Position numbers and translations under genes: made by a program. From NCBI GenBank assembly GCA_041662665.1, contig JBAZSC010000003.1, positions 4,603-68,602 of the forward strand: a DNA stretch of 64,000 nucleotides, written 5' to 3'. Below the pieces are notes generated by a model, which was given only the letters and a program-made list of their open reading frames with translations, was not told the origin of the DNA and did not search any database. Each line of letters starts with the position of its first letter. Within the stretch, counting starts at the first letter, position 1. Of the stretch, positions 1-10,478 are shown one piece after another. Source of the stretch: Patescibacteria group bacterium (GTDB lineage: Bacteria; Patescibacteriota; JABMPQ01; JAQVVF01).

Positions 1-369
1 AGAATCGGACCGGTGATTGTCGCTATGGCAGGACCTTTTTCCAATTTAGTGATGGTTGTAATTTTTGTTTTGCTATTAAAATTTGTTTATCCTTTAACTG
101 GATTGGGAGAGGGAAATGCTTTATTTGATTTCTTATACACTTTGATTTTGATTAATACATTGTTATTATCTTTCAATATAATTCCAATTCCGCCTTTGGA
201 TGGATCAAGAGTGTTATTTGCTTTGCTTCCGTCATCAGCAGAGAATATAAAAATGTTTTTGGATAAATATGGTTTCTTTATTCTGATTGGATTGTTATTA
301 GTTGGAGGTAGTTTATTTTCAAGATATTTCTATTGGGTGATCGGGATTGTTGATAAGTTTTTGGCATAG
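1..369 (+). CDS. C-terminal fragment of a site-2 protease family (M50-like) membrane metalloprotease; the 5' end lies outside the window
   Basis: Hydrophobic TM segments and the motif NIIPIPPLDGSRV, typical of the M50/S2P C-terminal region. The reading frame is open from base 1. Confidence 0.45.
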   Translation, partial: RIGPVIVAMAGPFSNLVMVVIFVLLLKFVYPLTGLGEGNALFDFLYTLILINTLLLSFNIIPIPPLDGSRVLFALLPSSAENIKMFLDKYGFFILIGLLLVGGSLFSRYFYWVIGIVDKFLA

Positions 370-502
370 ACTGTTTATGAGAAAACAGAAAATAGGAAAC
401 AGTACGACATCGAACTGTTTTCTGTTTACTATTTTCTGCTTTCTAAGAAGAAGCATTGACAATCAAATTTTTATTTGATATTCTTTATGTATTATAAAAA
501 CT

Positions 503-946
503 ATGCCAACTATCAATCAATTAGTTAAACGAAATAGAAAATCTGGAAAAAGAAAATCTAAAGCACCTGCATTGCAGAGGGATTTTAATAAAATCAAAAA
601 ACGATATGTTATGCTTGAAGAAGGAAATCCTTTCAAAAGAGGTGTTTGTACAAAAGTTACAACTACTACTCCAAAAAAACCAAACTCTGCTTTGAGAAAA
701 ATCGCTAGAGTTAGATTAACAAATGGTATGGAAGTTACTGCATATATTCCTGGAGAAGGACATAATTTGCAAGAGCACTCAATTGTTATAGTTCGTGGTG
801 GAAGAGTAAAAGATTTACCAGGTGTTAAATATCATATTGTTCGAGGAATTTTAGATACTGCTGGTGTTGAAGGCAGAATGCAACAAAGAAGTAAATACGG
901 TGCAAAGAAAAGTGCTGGAGGCAAGAAAAAAGAAGCAGCTAAATAA
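503..946 (+). CDS. rpsL: 30S ribosomal protein S12
   Basis: [13 protein letters not shown]... with [10 protein letters not shown] and [13 protein letters not shown]12 signatures. First gene of the str operon. Confidence 0.95.
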   Translation: MPTINQLVKRNRKSGKRKSKAPALQRDFNKIKKRYVMLEEGNPFKRGVCTKVTTTTPKKPNSALRKIARVRLTNGMEVTAYIPGEGHNLQEHSIVIVRGGRVKDLPGVKYHIVRGILDTAGVEGRMQQRSKYGAKKSAGGKKKEAAK

Positions 947-954
947 TCTTAAAG

Positions 955-1078
955 AATTTCTAATTTTTAATTTCTAATTTCTAATAAATTTCCAATTTCT
1001 AATTTCTAATGAATAACTTGTTTGAAAATTAATTCATTAAAAATTTAATAAAAATTGAAAATTAGGAATTAGAAATTG
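955..1078. repeat. Palindromic intergenic element, family A, between rpsL and rpsG
   Basis: aatttctaatttctaat ... gtttgaaaattaattcattaaaaattt ... attaggaattagaaatt. Confidence 0.6.
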
Positions 1079-1088
1079 CAGTTAATTT

Positions 1089-1559
1089 ATGGCAAGACGC
1101 AAAAGACAATATAAAAGAGAATTAAAGCCAGATCCAAAATATGGTAATTTGGTTGTCTCGAAATTTATAAATAGCATAATGGAAAGAGGCAAAAAAGGTG
1201 CAGCTAGAAAAACAATTTATAATACATTAGGTTTTATTTCTACTAAATTAAAAAAAGATCCTATTGAAATTTTTGATTTAGCTTTGAAAAATGTAGCTCC
1301 AGATTTGGAAATCAAAGGTAGAAGAATTGGTGGCGCTAACTATCAGATTCCTTATGAAGTAAGAGGTGATAGAAAACAAACTTTAGCTTTTAGATGGATT
1401 ATTGAAGCTGCTAAAGCTAAAAAAGGTCAGCCAATGTCTATTAGATTAGCAACTGAAATAATTGATGCTTCAAAAAATCAAGGATCTGCTGTTAGAAAGA
1501 AAGAAGATTCTCATAGAATGGCAAGAGCAAACAAAGCTTTTGCACATTTTGCAAGATAA
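1089..1559 (+). CDS. rpsG: 30S ribosomal protein S7
   Basis: S7-like sequence (PDPKYGN..., ...TLAFRWI...) in the conserved position after rpsL. Confidence 0.93.
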   Translation: MARRKRQYKRELKPDPKYGNLVVSKFINSIMERGKKGAARKTIYNTLGFISTKLKKDPIEIFDLALKNVAPDLEIKGRRIGGANYQIPYEVRGDRKQTLAFRWIIEAAKAKKGQPMSIRLATEIIDASKNQGSAVRKKEDSHRMARANKAFAHFAR

Positions 1560-1570
1560 AAATACGAATA

Positions 1571-1634
1571 TCCACCTTCGTCCTGCCTTCGCTTCGGCTA
1601 TGGCAGACAAGCCTGCGGGACTTCGGTGGACAAG
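1571..1634. repeat. GC-rich hairpin repeat, family 'CCACCTTCG...CTTCGGTGGACAAG', copy a
   Basis: tccaccttcg...cttcggtggacaag directly after the rpsG stop. GC-rich island in an AT-rich genome; related copies at 6681, 32143, 49626, 57534 and 62075. Confidence 0.7.
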
Positions 1635-1707
1635 TACGAATAATGCAAATGATACGAATTGCGAATACTGCAAATTCGAAATTTATATCATTTGCATTAT
1701 TTTTTTT
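1634..1707 (+). terminator. Rho-independent terminator candidate after rpsG
   Basis: Inverted repeat aatgcaaatgata / tatcatttgcatt followed by a T8 run. Confidence 0.5.
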
Positions 1708-1835
1708 GTTTAATTTTTATTGTGCATAAGATTGTTGCACTATTTTTATTTAATGATATATTATATTTAACTAGACAGATGCAGGTCGACTGTCAATAAA
1801 CTATTTAAAACAAAATAATTAATTAACAAAAAATT

Positions 1836-2252
1836 ATGAAGAAAATTTTTGCTTTTCTTACAGTTTGCGCACTTACATTAGGAGCAAATATTGCTTTCGC
1901 GCAAAATGATTTAGATTTTAATTTTACAACAACATCAACATTGAATGAAAGCGATGCGGAAGCATTAGCAGGATTAGGAATGGGAATGGGTGTTTTTGGA
2001 ATCATTGTTGCTATCATTGGTGGATTAATTGGATTGTTTTTCTTGATCTTCTGGATTATGATGTTAGTTGATTGTATTAAAAGAGAATTCCCAAATAGAG
2101 GCGTATGGTTGGCTGTTTTGATTATTACATTCTTTATTGGATGGTCATGGTTAGCATCAATCTTATATTATTTCATGGTAAAGAAAAAAAATGTTGGAAC
2201 AATGAAAGGCGGATCTTCAACTCCTGCTGCTCCAGCTGCACCGAAACAATAG
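1836..2252 (+). CDS. Hypothetical secreted/membrane protein with signal peptide, two TM helices and an Ala/Pro-rich C-terminus
   Basis: N-terminal signal-like MKKIFAFLTVCALTLGANIAFA and hydrophobic segments. No recognisable family. Confidence 0.55.
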   Translation: MKKIFAFLTVCALTLGANIAFAQNDLDFNFTTTSTLNESDAEALAGLGMGMGVFGIIVAIIGGLIGLFFLIFWIMMLVDCIKREFPNRGVWLAVLIITFFIGWSWLASILYYFMVKKKNVGTMKGGSSTPAAPAAPKQ

Positions 2253-2282
2253 TCATGAGTTTATAGAATATTACATATTTGC

Positions 2283-2312
2283 AAGGCTCCAATTAATTTT
2301 GGAGCCTTTTGA
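2283..2312 (+). terminator. Rho-independent terminator
   Basis: ggctccaattaattttggagcc hairpin followed by a T run. Confidence 0.6.
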
Positions 2313-2563
2313 TTTTATAATGAAGTTATTGAGTTATAAAGTTATAAAGTCCATAAAGTTTATAAAGTCTGACGTGTTGGTTTTGCGGAGAGATTCTACC
2401 CCCCCATGGGAGGGGTTTCGTAGTTGATGATGAGGGCATGTTTTTATTGTAAATTGTTTACTACGAATCCCTATCTTGGAAAGGTTAGAGGGTTTGGGCT
2501 TGCAAGATTTTTATTTTTTGTTTATACTATTTTAGATTTCTTTGACTAGAAGAGGAGGAAGAA

Positions 2564-3154
2564 ATGAGCACTTTAAAAAATTTTATTTTTTTGTTTATTG
2601 GAGGGAGTTTGTGTTTTATGGGTTATACTTTTTTTGTGAGTAATTTGAACATATTCCAGAGAATAATAGGTTTTTTACTTCTAACAATTTTTGTATTTAT
2701 TTTTGTGAAAATAACAAGGTATGAATATAGAAGTTCGAATTTTGTTAAAAATGTGCAAACTTTTGTTACAGGGAAAAAGCATTTTTGGAATTATTGTGAA
2801 TGCCATAAAAATGAGATTAGTGAAACGGCAAAATTATTGTTTGTATCAAGTATAGTAATTGGAATTTTTGATTTGTTTCTTTCTTTGTATATTTCTATTA
2901 ACTATGACATTATTGATGGATTATTTTTCTTCTTTTTATGTATGTTAATTGTTATGATTTTTGGAGTAAGTGCTGAATATGTAAGAAGATCAGATCAGAA
3001 ATATGCACATTTGAAAGATGAGAATCAAAAATTGCTGAAGCGGAAAGCAATTATTAAAGTTATTCATATTAATCCTGTTCAAGCAGGTCCTAATTTTGGC
3101 AGATATTTTTCAATTCACAATAAAAGAAATGAAAAAGATTATGGTCCTAATTGA
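2564..3154 (+). CDS. Hypothetical integral membrane protein
   Basis: Multiple hydrophobic helices; no recognisable motif. Inserted between rpsG and fusA. Confidence 0.5.
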   Translation: MSTLKNFIFLFIGGSLCFMGYTFFVSNLNIFQRIIGFLLLTIFVFIFVKITRYEYRSSNFVKNVQTFVTGKKHFWNYCECHKNEISETAKLLFVSSIVIGIFDLFLSLYISINYDIIDGLFFFFLCMLIVMIFGVSAEYVRRSDQKYAHLKDENQKLLKRKAIIKVIHINPVQAGPNFGRYFSIHNKRNEKDYGPN

Positions 3155-3337
3155 AGTTCTTTGTCTAGACTGTATTATCAGTCTTTTTTTATGCCAAAAA
3201 TTTTACATAAATTTCTGACAAATTTGAAACGGATAACATAGATAGCTCTTGCAATAATTTTATTTTGTAGTTATAATACGAGCATTGAGTTGGACTTAAG
3301 TGTTTTTAATTTTTATTTAACTTTTTAATTTTTTAAC

Positions 3338-5452
3338 ATGCCTAGAGAGTATTCATTAGAGAAAACAAGGAATATCGGAATTATTGCTCACATTGATGCT
3401 GGTAAAACAACTATTACTGAGCGTATTTTATTTTTTACTGGAATTTCACACAAAATTGGTGAAGTACATGAAGGTGCTGCAATCATGGATTGGATGGAAC
3501 AAGAACAAGAAAGAGGAATTACAATTACTTCAGCAGCAACAACTTGTTTTTGGTCTCCAATTTGGAAAAAAGAACAAGATAAACATCGCATCAATATCAT
3601 TGATACTCCTGGACACGTTGATTTTACTGTAGAAGTTGAAAGATCGTTGCGTGTTTTGGATGGAGCTGTTGTTGTTTTTGACGGCAAGATGGGTGTTGAG
3701 CCTCAATCAGAAACTGTTTGGCATCAAGCTGATAAATACCATGTTCCTAGAATTTGTTTTTTGAATAAGATCAATTTAGTTGGTGGCGATTTTTATAGAA
3801 GTTTAGATTCAATTCATAGCAGACTATCAAAAAATGCTCATCCAGTGATGTTGCCAATTGGTTCTGGTGAAGATATAAAAGGTGCTGTCGATCTTATAAT
3901 GATGAAAGCATATTTTAATGTTGAAGGAAAAGAAGAAGGCATGGAATTATCTGAACCTTCAGAAATTCCTGCTGACATGAAAGAAAAATGCGAAAAATAT
4001 CGTGCAGAATTAATTGAAAAAATTGTTGAAGCAGATGACAAGTTAATGGAAAAATATTTAGAAGGAGCTGAATTGACTGAAGAAGAAATAAGAGCAGCTT
4101 TAAGAAAAGCGACTTTAACTGGTAAGTTTTTTCCAGTTTTGGGTGGTGATGGTAGAAAAGCAATTATTAAAAAAGTATTGGATTATGTTATTGATTGTTT
4201 GCCAAGTCCTTTGGATGTACCAGCAATAGTTGCTTTTGATCCAGAAGATGAAACAAAAAAAATAGAAAGAAAAGTTTCTGATACAGAACCATTTACGGCT
4301 TTGGCGTTTAAAGTTGCAACTGATCCATTTGTAGGAAAATTAGTTTATTTTAGAGTTTATGCTGGAACTTTGACAGCTGGTTCTTACATTTTGAATTCAT
4401 CAACTGACAATAAAGAAAGAGTTGGTAGAATTGTTCGTATGCATGCAAATAAAAGAGAAGAAGTAGAAGAAGTTTATGCTGGAGATATTGCAGCAATTGT
4501 TGGTTTGAAAGGAACAACTACTGGTGATACTTTATGTGATATGGAACATCCTGTAATGTTGGAAAAAATTACTTTTCCTGAACCAGTTATTTCTATTGCA
4601 ATTGAGCCAAAAACAAAAGCTGATCAAGAAAAAATGTCTATGGCTTTGCGTGCTTTGTCTGAAGAAGATCCAACATTTAAAGTTCATACAGACGAAGAAA
4701 CGATGCAAACAATTATTTCTGGTATGGGTGAATTGCACTTGGATGTTTTAGTTGATAGAATGAAAAGAGAATTTAAAGTTGAAGCTAATATTGGAAATCC
4801 TCAAGTTGCTTATAAAGAAACTATTTTGGGTACTGCTGAAGCTGAAGGAAAATATATTAGACAATCAGGAGGTCATGGACAATATGGACATGTATGGTTA
4901 AGACTAGAGCCAAATGAAAGAAATAAAGGCTTCGAATTTATTAACGAAATTAAAGGTGGCGTAATTCCTCAAGAATTTATTCCAGCTGTTGGCAAAGGTT
5001 GTAAAGAAGCTTTGACTGAAGGCGTTATTGCTTCCTATCCAGTAATTGATATTAAGGCAACATTATATGATGGATCTTTCCATGATGTTGATTCCTCTGA
5101 AGCTGCTTTCAAAATTGCTGCATCTATGGCAATGAAAGAAGGCGAGAGAAGAGCAAAACCAATTTTACTTGAACCAATAATGAAAATTGAAGCAATGATG
5201 CCAGCTGAATTTATGGGTGATATTGTTGGAGATTTAAATTCAAAAAGAGCTCAAATTCAAAATATGGAAGACAGAGATAATTTAAAAATTATTTCTGCTA
5301 TGGTTCCATTGGCTTCGATGTTTGGATATGTAACAACAATTAGATCTATTACTTCTGGTCGTGGAAATTTCGTGATGGAATTTGATCATTATGAACAAGT
5401 TCCAAAAAATGTTGAATTGCAAATAGTCGAGGGACGTGTTGGTAAAAAATAA
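3338..5452 (+). CDS. fusA: Elongation factor G
   Basis: GTPase motifs [17 protein letters not shown] and NKID-like, 704 aa, EF-G domains IV-V (GQYGHVWL...). Confidence 0.96.
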   Translation: MPREYSLEKTRNIGIIAHIDAGKTTITERILFFTGISHKIGEVHEGAAIMDWMEQEQERGITITSAATTCFWSPIWKKEQDKHRINIIDTPGHVDFTVEVERSLRVLDGAVVVFDGKMGVEPQSETVWHQADKYHVPRICFLNKINLVGGDFYRSLDSIHSRLSKNAHPVMLPIGSGEDIKGAVDLIMMKAYFNVEGKEEGMELSEPSEIPADMKEKCEKYRAELIEKIVEADDKLMEKYLEGAELTEEEIRAALRKATLTGKFFPVLGGDGRKAIIKKVLDYVIDCLPSPLDVPAIVAFDPEDETKKIERKVSDTEPFTALAFKVATDPFVGKLVYFRVYAGTLTAGSYILNSSTDNKERVGRIVRMHANKREEVEEVYAGDIAAIVGLKGTTTGDTLCDMEHPVMLEKITFPEPVISIAIEPKTKADQEKMSMALRALSEEDPTFKVHTDEETMQTIISGMGELHLDVLVDRMKREFKVEANIGNPQVAYKETILGTAEAEGKYIRQSGGHGQYGHVWLRLEPNERNKGFEFINEIKGGVIPQEFIPAVGKGCKEALTEGVIASYPVIDIKATLYDGSFHDVDSSEAAFKIAASMAMKEGERRAKPILLEPIMKIEAMMPAEFMGDIVGDLNSKRAQIQNMEDRDNLKIISAMVPLASMFGYVTTIRSITSGRGNFVMEFDHYEQVPKNVELQIVEGRVGKK

Positions 5453-5600
5453 TTGTAAAATTAGTAAAATTGATAAAATTAATAATTGAGTTTGTTAGAT
5501 AAGTTAGATTTGTTAGATAAGTTAGATTTGTTAGACTAGTTATAAATTCTTTAGGTCAGAAAATAAATCGTAATTAGCAAATATAATTTAAAATAAAAAT

Positions 5601-6023
5601 ATGACAATCAATGTTTTAGATCCAAAAGAATTCCCATCAATTTTAAGATTGTTAAAATCTACTGGTGGAAAATATATTATTGTTGAAGATGGAAAACCTT
5701 CTTTTGCTTTGATGTCAATTTCTGAATACGAAAAGTTATTAAATGATAAAGAAAAGACTGAAAAAAATTCTTCAAGCAAAGCTTTGATTGATAAAATAAA
5801 TTCGGATATTGCTAATTGGAAATTAGAGAATGAAGAAGAGGATAATGATGAAGAAGAAGATTATTCAGAATATATCCCAAAGAAAAATTGGGTAGAAGAT
5901 AAGCAATGCATTGATTATGAAGCGCTAAAAGAAAATAGTCAGAAAAATGATTTAGTGAATGAAGATTTGAGCTATTATTATGATGTTGATGAAGAACAAG
6001 AAGACGAAAGATTTGATTTTTAA
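5601..6023 (+). CDS. Phd/YefM-like antitoxin-fold N-terminal domain fused to a long acidic (D/E-rich) C-terminal tail
   Basis: N-terminus KYIIVEDGKPSFALMSISEYEKLL resembles the Phd/YefM core (ItrrGkpvavlvs.eeyesL). C-terminal half is highly acidic. Confidence 0.45.
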   Translation: MTINVLDPKEFPSILRLLKSTGGKYIIVEDGKPSFALMSISEYEKLLNDKEKTEKNSSSKALIDKINSDIANWKLENEEEDNDEEEDYSEYIPKKNWVEDKQCIDYEALKENSQKNDLVNEDLSYYYDVDEEQEDERFDF

Positions 6024-6077
6024 TATTGCAGGATTAAGTTAAATTGGATAAAAAGGAAATTTTGTTTATATTTATGT

Positions 6078-6497
6078 ATGAGATCTCTTATTTTGCATGT
6101 TAATAAATTTTCTACAGAGATTATTGAAAAATCTAAACGACCAAAAGAAATTATTCCCGAAAATAAAAAATCTAAAGCAGAGGAAATGAAAAATTGTTTA
6201 GTCGTCTTTTTTTGTGTAGAACAGGGAGATAGTGAAAAACAATTAGATGATTTATATAAGGAAATTTTGAAAACAGCTGACGAAGTTAAAACGAAAAACC
6301 TAATGATTTCTCCTTTTGTTCATTTATCAAATAAGATTGCTAGGCCTGAAGTGGCAAAACAACTTTATGAACTGCTAATTGACAAATTTATTGACTTAGA
6401 TTTTGTAATTAAATCATCACATTTTGGTTATCACAAAAGTCTATTGCTTGATATCAAAGGGCATCCAGGATCATTTCGTTATAGAGAGTTTTATTAG
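6078..6497 (+). CDS. Hypothetical protein
   Basis: ORF only. No Doc (HxFxDGNKR) or RelE/YoeB motifs, so it is not an obvious toxin partner for the upstream Phd-like gene. Confidence 0.4.
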   Translation: MRSLILHVNKFSTEIIEKSKRPKEIIPENKKSKAEEMKNCLVVFFCVEQGDSEKQLDDLYKEILKTADEVKTKNLMISPFVHLSNKIARPEVAKQLYELLIDKFIDLDFVIKSSHFGYHKSLLLDIKGHPGSFRYREFY

Positions 6498-6680
6498 AGA
6501 TTTAAGATTTGTAGTTATTAACAAAAAGGTCTTGCTTTATATCAAAAATATTGTTATAATGCTTCTTGCAAAATAGATTTTGGTAAAAACTATTTCTTAT
6601 TTTTGCAAAATTTTTTTAGATTATTATAACGAAGAATTTATATTTGACATTATAATTTTTTGCGTATATAATTAAAATAA

Positions 6681-6715
6681 TCCTCCTTCGTCTTTCTAAG
6701 ACTTCGGAGGATAAG
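6681..6715. repeat. GC-rich hairpin repeat, copy b (tcctccttcg...acttcggaggataag)
   Basis: Same TTCG / CTTCGG-flanked inverted repeat architecture, about 30 nt upstream of tuf. Confidence 0.6.
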
Positions 6716-6741
6716 TAATTAAATAAATTAAAATTAAAAAA

Positions 6742-7935
6742 ATGGCAGAAAAATTTGACAGATCAAAACCACATTTAAACGTTGGAACAATTGGCCATGT
6801 TGATCATGGTAAAACTACTTTAACAGCAGCTATCTTGAAAGTTATCAATGCTACTGGTAAAGGCAAAGCTCAAGAGCGAACAGTTGACCAAATTGACTCA
6901 GCTCCAGAAGAGCGTGAGAGAGGTATTACTATCGCTACAGCTCACTGTGAATACGAAACAGAAAAAAGACACTATGCACACGTTGATTGCCCAGGACATG
7001 CTGATTATATTAAGAATATGATTACTGGCGCAGCTCAAATGGATGGTGCTATTTTGGTTGTTTCTGCTGCTGACGGACCAATGCCTCAAACAAGAGAACA
7101 TATTTTGTTAGCTCGCCAAGTTGGTGTACCAGCTATTGTTGTTTTCTTAAATAAGGTTGATCAAGTTGATGATCCAGAAATGGTTGCTTTAGTTGAAGAA
7201 GAAGTAAGAGAATTATTAAAAAAATATCAATTCCCTGGTGATGAGATTCCAATTGTAAAAGGTTCAGCTTTGAAAGCTTTGGAAGATCCAAATGGTGAAG
7301 CTGGAAAACCAATTTTGGAATTATTGGAAAAATTAGATTCATATATTCCTGAACCAAAAAGAGATGTTGACAAACCTTTATTGATGCCTATTGAAGATGT
7401 ATTTTCAATCGAAGGTCGTGGTACTGTTGTTACAGGCAGAATTGAAAGAGGTATGGTTAAAATTAATGATACAGTTGAAATTGTTGGTTTGAAACCTACT
7501 CAAAAAACTGTTGCAACAGGTATTGAAATGTTTAACAAATCTTTGGATGAAGGTAGAGCTGGTGATAATGCTGGTATTTTACTTCGTGGAACAAAGAAAG
7601 AAGATGTTGAAAGAGGACAAGTATTAGCAAAACCAGGTTCAATTACTCCTCATACTGAATTTGAAGCAGAAAGCTATATTTTGAAAAAAGAAGAAGGTGG
7701 AAGACATACTGCGTTCACAAATGGCTACAAACCACAATTTTATGTTAGAACTACTGATGTTACTGGTGAAGTAACATTGCCTGCTGGAACTGAAATGGTA
7801 ATGCCTGGCGATACTGTCAATGGAATGAAAGTTAAATTAGTTGCTCCAGTTGCTATGGAAGAAAAAATGAAATTCGCTATTCGTGAAGGTGGAAGAACTG
7901 TAGGTGCTGGTGTTGTAACAAAGATTATTAAATAA
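6742..7935 (+). CDS. tuf: Elongation factor Tu
   Basis: [25 protein letters not shown] motifs; 397 aa. Confidence 0.97.
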   Translation: MAEKFDRSKPHLNVGTIGHVDHGKTTLTAAILKVINATGKGKAQERTVDQIDSAPEERERGITIATAHCEYETEKRHYAHVDCPGHADYIKNMITGAAQMDGAILVVSAADGPMPQTREHILLARQVGVPAIVVFLNKVDQVDDPEMVALVEEEVRELLKKYQFPGDEIPIVKGSALKALEDPNGEAGKPILELLEKLDSYIPEPKRDVDKPLLMPIEDVFSIEGRGTVVTGRIERGMVKINDTVEIVGLKPTQKTVATGIEMFNKSLDEGRAGDNAGILLRGTKKEDVERGQVLAKPGSITPHTEFEAESYILKKEEGGRHTAFTNGYKPQFYVRTTDVTGEVTLPAGTEMVMPGDTVNGMKVKLVAPVAMEEKMKFAIREGGRTVGAGVVTKIIK

Positions 7936-7948
7936 TTTATTTTAATGT

Positions 7949-7978
7949 AGGGTACAAAAATTTTTGTACCCTACTAAT
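7949..7978 (+). terminator. Rho-independent terminator after tuf
   Basis: Perfect hairpin gtagggtacaaaaatttttgtaccctac. Confidence 0.65.
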
Positions 7979-7992
7979 TATAATTAAGCCCT

Positions 7993-8340
7993 TTGATGAC
8001 AAAGACTAAGAATCAAGAAAAGAAAGAAGAGACATCTTCTCCAAGAATAAGAATCAAAATTAAGGCGTTTGATCATAAGATTATTGATCAATCAGCAGAG
8101 CAAATAATTGAAACTGCAAAAAGATCTGGTGCAGAGGTTATTGGCCCGATCCCACTTCCTACTGAAAAGCATAGGGATACTGTTTTGAAATCCACTTTTG
8201 TTCACAAAGATGCTCGTGAGCAATTTGAGATTAGGATCCACAAGAGATTGATTGATATTGTGAAGCCAACACCGAAGACGATTGAAGCTTTGTCGAACCT
8301 TAATTTACCAGCAGGAGTTGATGTAGAGATAAAGATGTAA
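7993..8340 (+). CDS. rpsJ: 30S ribosomal protein S10, with a short N-terminal extension
   Basis: [17 protein letters not shown]...[12 protein letters not shown]...[12 protein letters not shown] matches S10. Confidence 0.93.
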   Translation: MMTKTKNQEKKEETSSPRIRIKIKAFDHKIIDQSAEQIIETAKRSGAEVIGPIPLPTEKHRDTVLKSTFVHKDAREQFEIRIHKRLIDIVKPTPKTIEALSNLNLPAGVDVEIKM

Positions 8341-8651
8341 CCTTACTCGAATACTTTTTCGAATGATATGCTAATGTTTTTTCGAATGTTAGTGAATGTG
8401 TTTTTGAATAAGATTGAATAAATTTCCGAACCGAATGTTTGTGAACAGTCTTGTGAAGTTTTAAACATTTTTTGTTAACTATTTTTTAGATATAAAGTAG
8501 TATTTAGCAAATAAATAGGCGAGCGAATCGCTTTGGGTTTGTTAACCTAATTTTGTTGTAGTACACTAATGCTACACTAATAACGCTAATTAGACACTAA
8601 TTACTAATGGACACTAATTGTTGTTAATAATGGTTATTTAGATATTATTAT

Positions 8652-9263
8652 ATGAAATTCATTTTTGGCGAAAAAATTGGAATGAGTAGAATGTATAATG
8701 AAGGTAAGCTAGAAGCTGTTACCTTAGTTAAAATTGGTGATTGTTTTGTTACAAGGCTTTTAGATAGCAAAAAAGATGGTTATTCTGCAGTTCAGGTTGG
8801 TTACGATATAGTTAAAAAAGGCGATGGAAGAGTAAAAGGAGCTTTAAATAAGGCTGGAATTAAAGAGAATTTAAGTAATTTTGCCGAATTCAGAGGTGAT
8901 GGCTTGACTTCATTAAAAATAGGTGATAAAATTGATATTTCACAGTTCAAAAAAGGTGATTTATTGTCAATTTCCGGACTTTCAAAAGGTAAGGGTTTTG
9001 CAGGTGTTATGAAACGCCATGGTTTTCATGGTGCTCCACATTCTCATGGTCATAAACATGATATGAGAGCTCCTGGTTCTATTAACTCCGGTCATCCTCA
9101 ACATGTTATGAAAGGTAGAAGAATGGGTGGAAGAATGGGTGGAGAAAATGTAACTTTAAAGAATTCTTCAATTTTGGATATTAATTTAGATGAAAATGTA
9201 TTTGCTGTAAAAGGAGCTTTACCTGGTAAGATTGGCTCATGGTTAAAAATTTGTGGAAATTAA
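8652..9263 (+). CDS. rplC: 50S ribosomal protein L3
   Basis: L3-like (GEKIGMSRMY..., FKKGDLLSISGLSKGKGFAGVMKRHGF). Confidence 0.92.
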   Translation: MKFIFGEKIGMSRMYNEGKLEAVTLVKIGDCFVTRLLDSKKDGYSAVQVGYDIVKKGDGRVKGALNKAGIKENLSNFAEFRGDGLTSLKIGDKIDISQFKKGDLLSISGLSKGKGFAGVMKRHGFHGAPHSHGHKHDMRAPGSINSGHPQHVMKGRRMGGRMGGENVTLKNSSILDINLDENVFAVKGALPGKIGSWLKICGN

Positions 9264-9281
9264 AGATTATTTTGTTTATAT

Positions 9282-9893
9282 ATGTTAAAAGTTGATATAT
9301 TGAATAAAGAAGGAAAGACAGTCGGATCAACGGATTTAGATCCAAAGATTTTTGGTGTAGAAATTAAAACTTCAGTTGTTCATCGTGCTGTTATAGCTCA
9401 ATTGAGCAAGAAAGATGTAACTTCTAAATCAAAAGATCGAGCTGAAGTAAGAGGCGGCGGAATTAAGCCATGGAAGCAAAAAGGTACAGGACGTGCTCGT
9501 GTTGGTTCTATTCGTTCTCCATTATGGAAAGGCGGAGGTAAGACTTTTGGTCCTGTTGCAACAAAGAATGATGTTAAAAAGATTAACAAAAAAGAAAAAA
9601 GAAAAGCTTTACATATGGCGCTTTCTGATAAATTTAATTCAAAGAAATTGATTGTCATAGATGAATTGAAAATGGATGCAATTAAGACTAAAGAATTTGC
9701 AAAAATTTTAAAGAATATAAACGCTTACAAAAGTACTCTTGTAATGTTGAAGGAAAAGGATGAAAAGACAATGAAATCAATCAGAAATATTGCAAGTGTA
9801 AAACCTTTACTATCGAATTTATTGAATGTTTATGATGTTGTTAAGTATGATAAATTAGTTTTAGAAAAAGAAGCATTAAAGAATATTAAATAA
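9282..9893 (+). CDS. rplD: 50S ribosomal protein L4
   Basis: L4-like (KPWKQKGTGRARVGSIRSPLWKGGG); conserved S10-operon order. Confidence 0.92.
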   Translation: MLKVDILNKEGKTVGSTDLDPKIFGVEIKTSVVHRAVIAQLSKKDVTSKSKDRAEVRGGGIKPWKQKGTGRARVGSIRSPLWKGGGKTFGPVATKNDVKKINKKEKRKALHMALSDKFNSKKLIVIDELKMDAIKTKEFAKILKNINAYKSTLVMLKEKDEKTMKSIRNIASVKPLLSNLLNVYDVVKYDKLVLEKEALKNIK

Positions 9894-9972
9894 CGAGTAG
9901 CATGTAGAAAGTAGCAGGTAGAAAGCAGAACTTACTACTTACTACATTTTACTTTCTATTGGAAATAAATTT

Positions 9973-10377
9973 ATGGCGTTGCTAGATGTATTCAAAGGAA
10001 AGAAAAAAGATACTAAGAAAGAAACTTCAGCTAAGAAGAAAGATTTAGGAGTGAAAAAAGAAGTTAAATCAAAAAAAGCTGTAAATATTTATAGTGCTGC
10101 TCACAAGTTTTTATTGAAACCAGTAGTTTCAGAAAAAGGTGCAGATTTGAATATTTCTAATAAATATGTATTTCAAGTAAAGAGAGCTGCTTCTAAGAAA
10201 GAAATCGCAAGAGCAATTTTTGCAGTTTATGGTATTAAACCAATAAAAGTTAATGTCATAAATTTAGCTGGAAAATCAAGACGATATGGCAGAACAATTG
10301 GTCAAACATCTGATAAAAAGAAGGCTATAGTAACATTGCCAGCAGGAAAAAGTATTCAGATTTACGAAGGAGTATAA
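9973..10377 (+). CDS. rplW: 50S ribosomal protein L23, with a ~35-aa lysine-rich N-terminal extension
   Basis: C-terminal part matches L23 (LKPVVSEKG..., YVFQV...KKEI). Confidence 0.88.
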   Translation: MALLDVFKGKKKDTKKETSAKKKDLGVKKEVKSKKAVNIYSAAHKFLLKPVVSEKGADLNISNKYVFQVKRAASKKEIARAIFAVYGIKPIKVNVINLAGKSRRYGRTIGQTSDKKKAIVTLPAGKSIQIYEGV

Positions 10378-10478
10378 TAAATAATTTTCAATTACCAATT
10401 TTCAATTTTCAATTATTTTTTCGAAAATTGTAAAATGAAAATTTATTGAAAATTGATTATTGAAAATTTAATTTAAAT

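Noticed and set aside
1462-1713. 83-aa plus-strand ORF and 67-aa minus-strand ORF after rpsG
   Set aside because: They overlap the rpsG 3' end, the GC-rich hairpin repeat and the terminator, with no coding signature.
6078-6497. 139-aa ORF as the toxin partner (Doc or RelE/YoeB) of the upstream Phd-like gene
   Set aside because: No Doc HxFx(D/N)GNKR motif and no RelE/YoeB-like core; left as hypothetical.
6701-6741. GGAGG in the GC-rich hairpin copy as the tuf Shine-Dalgarno
   Set aside because: It lies about 32 nt upstream of the ATG, too far for an SD sequence, and is part of the repeat element stem.
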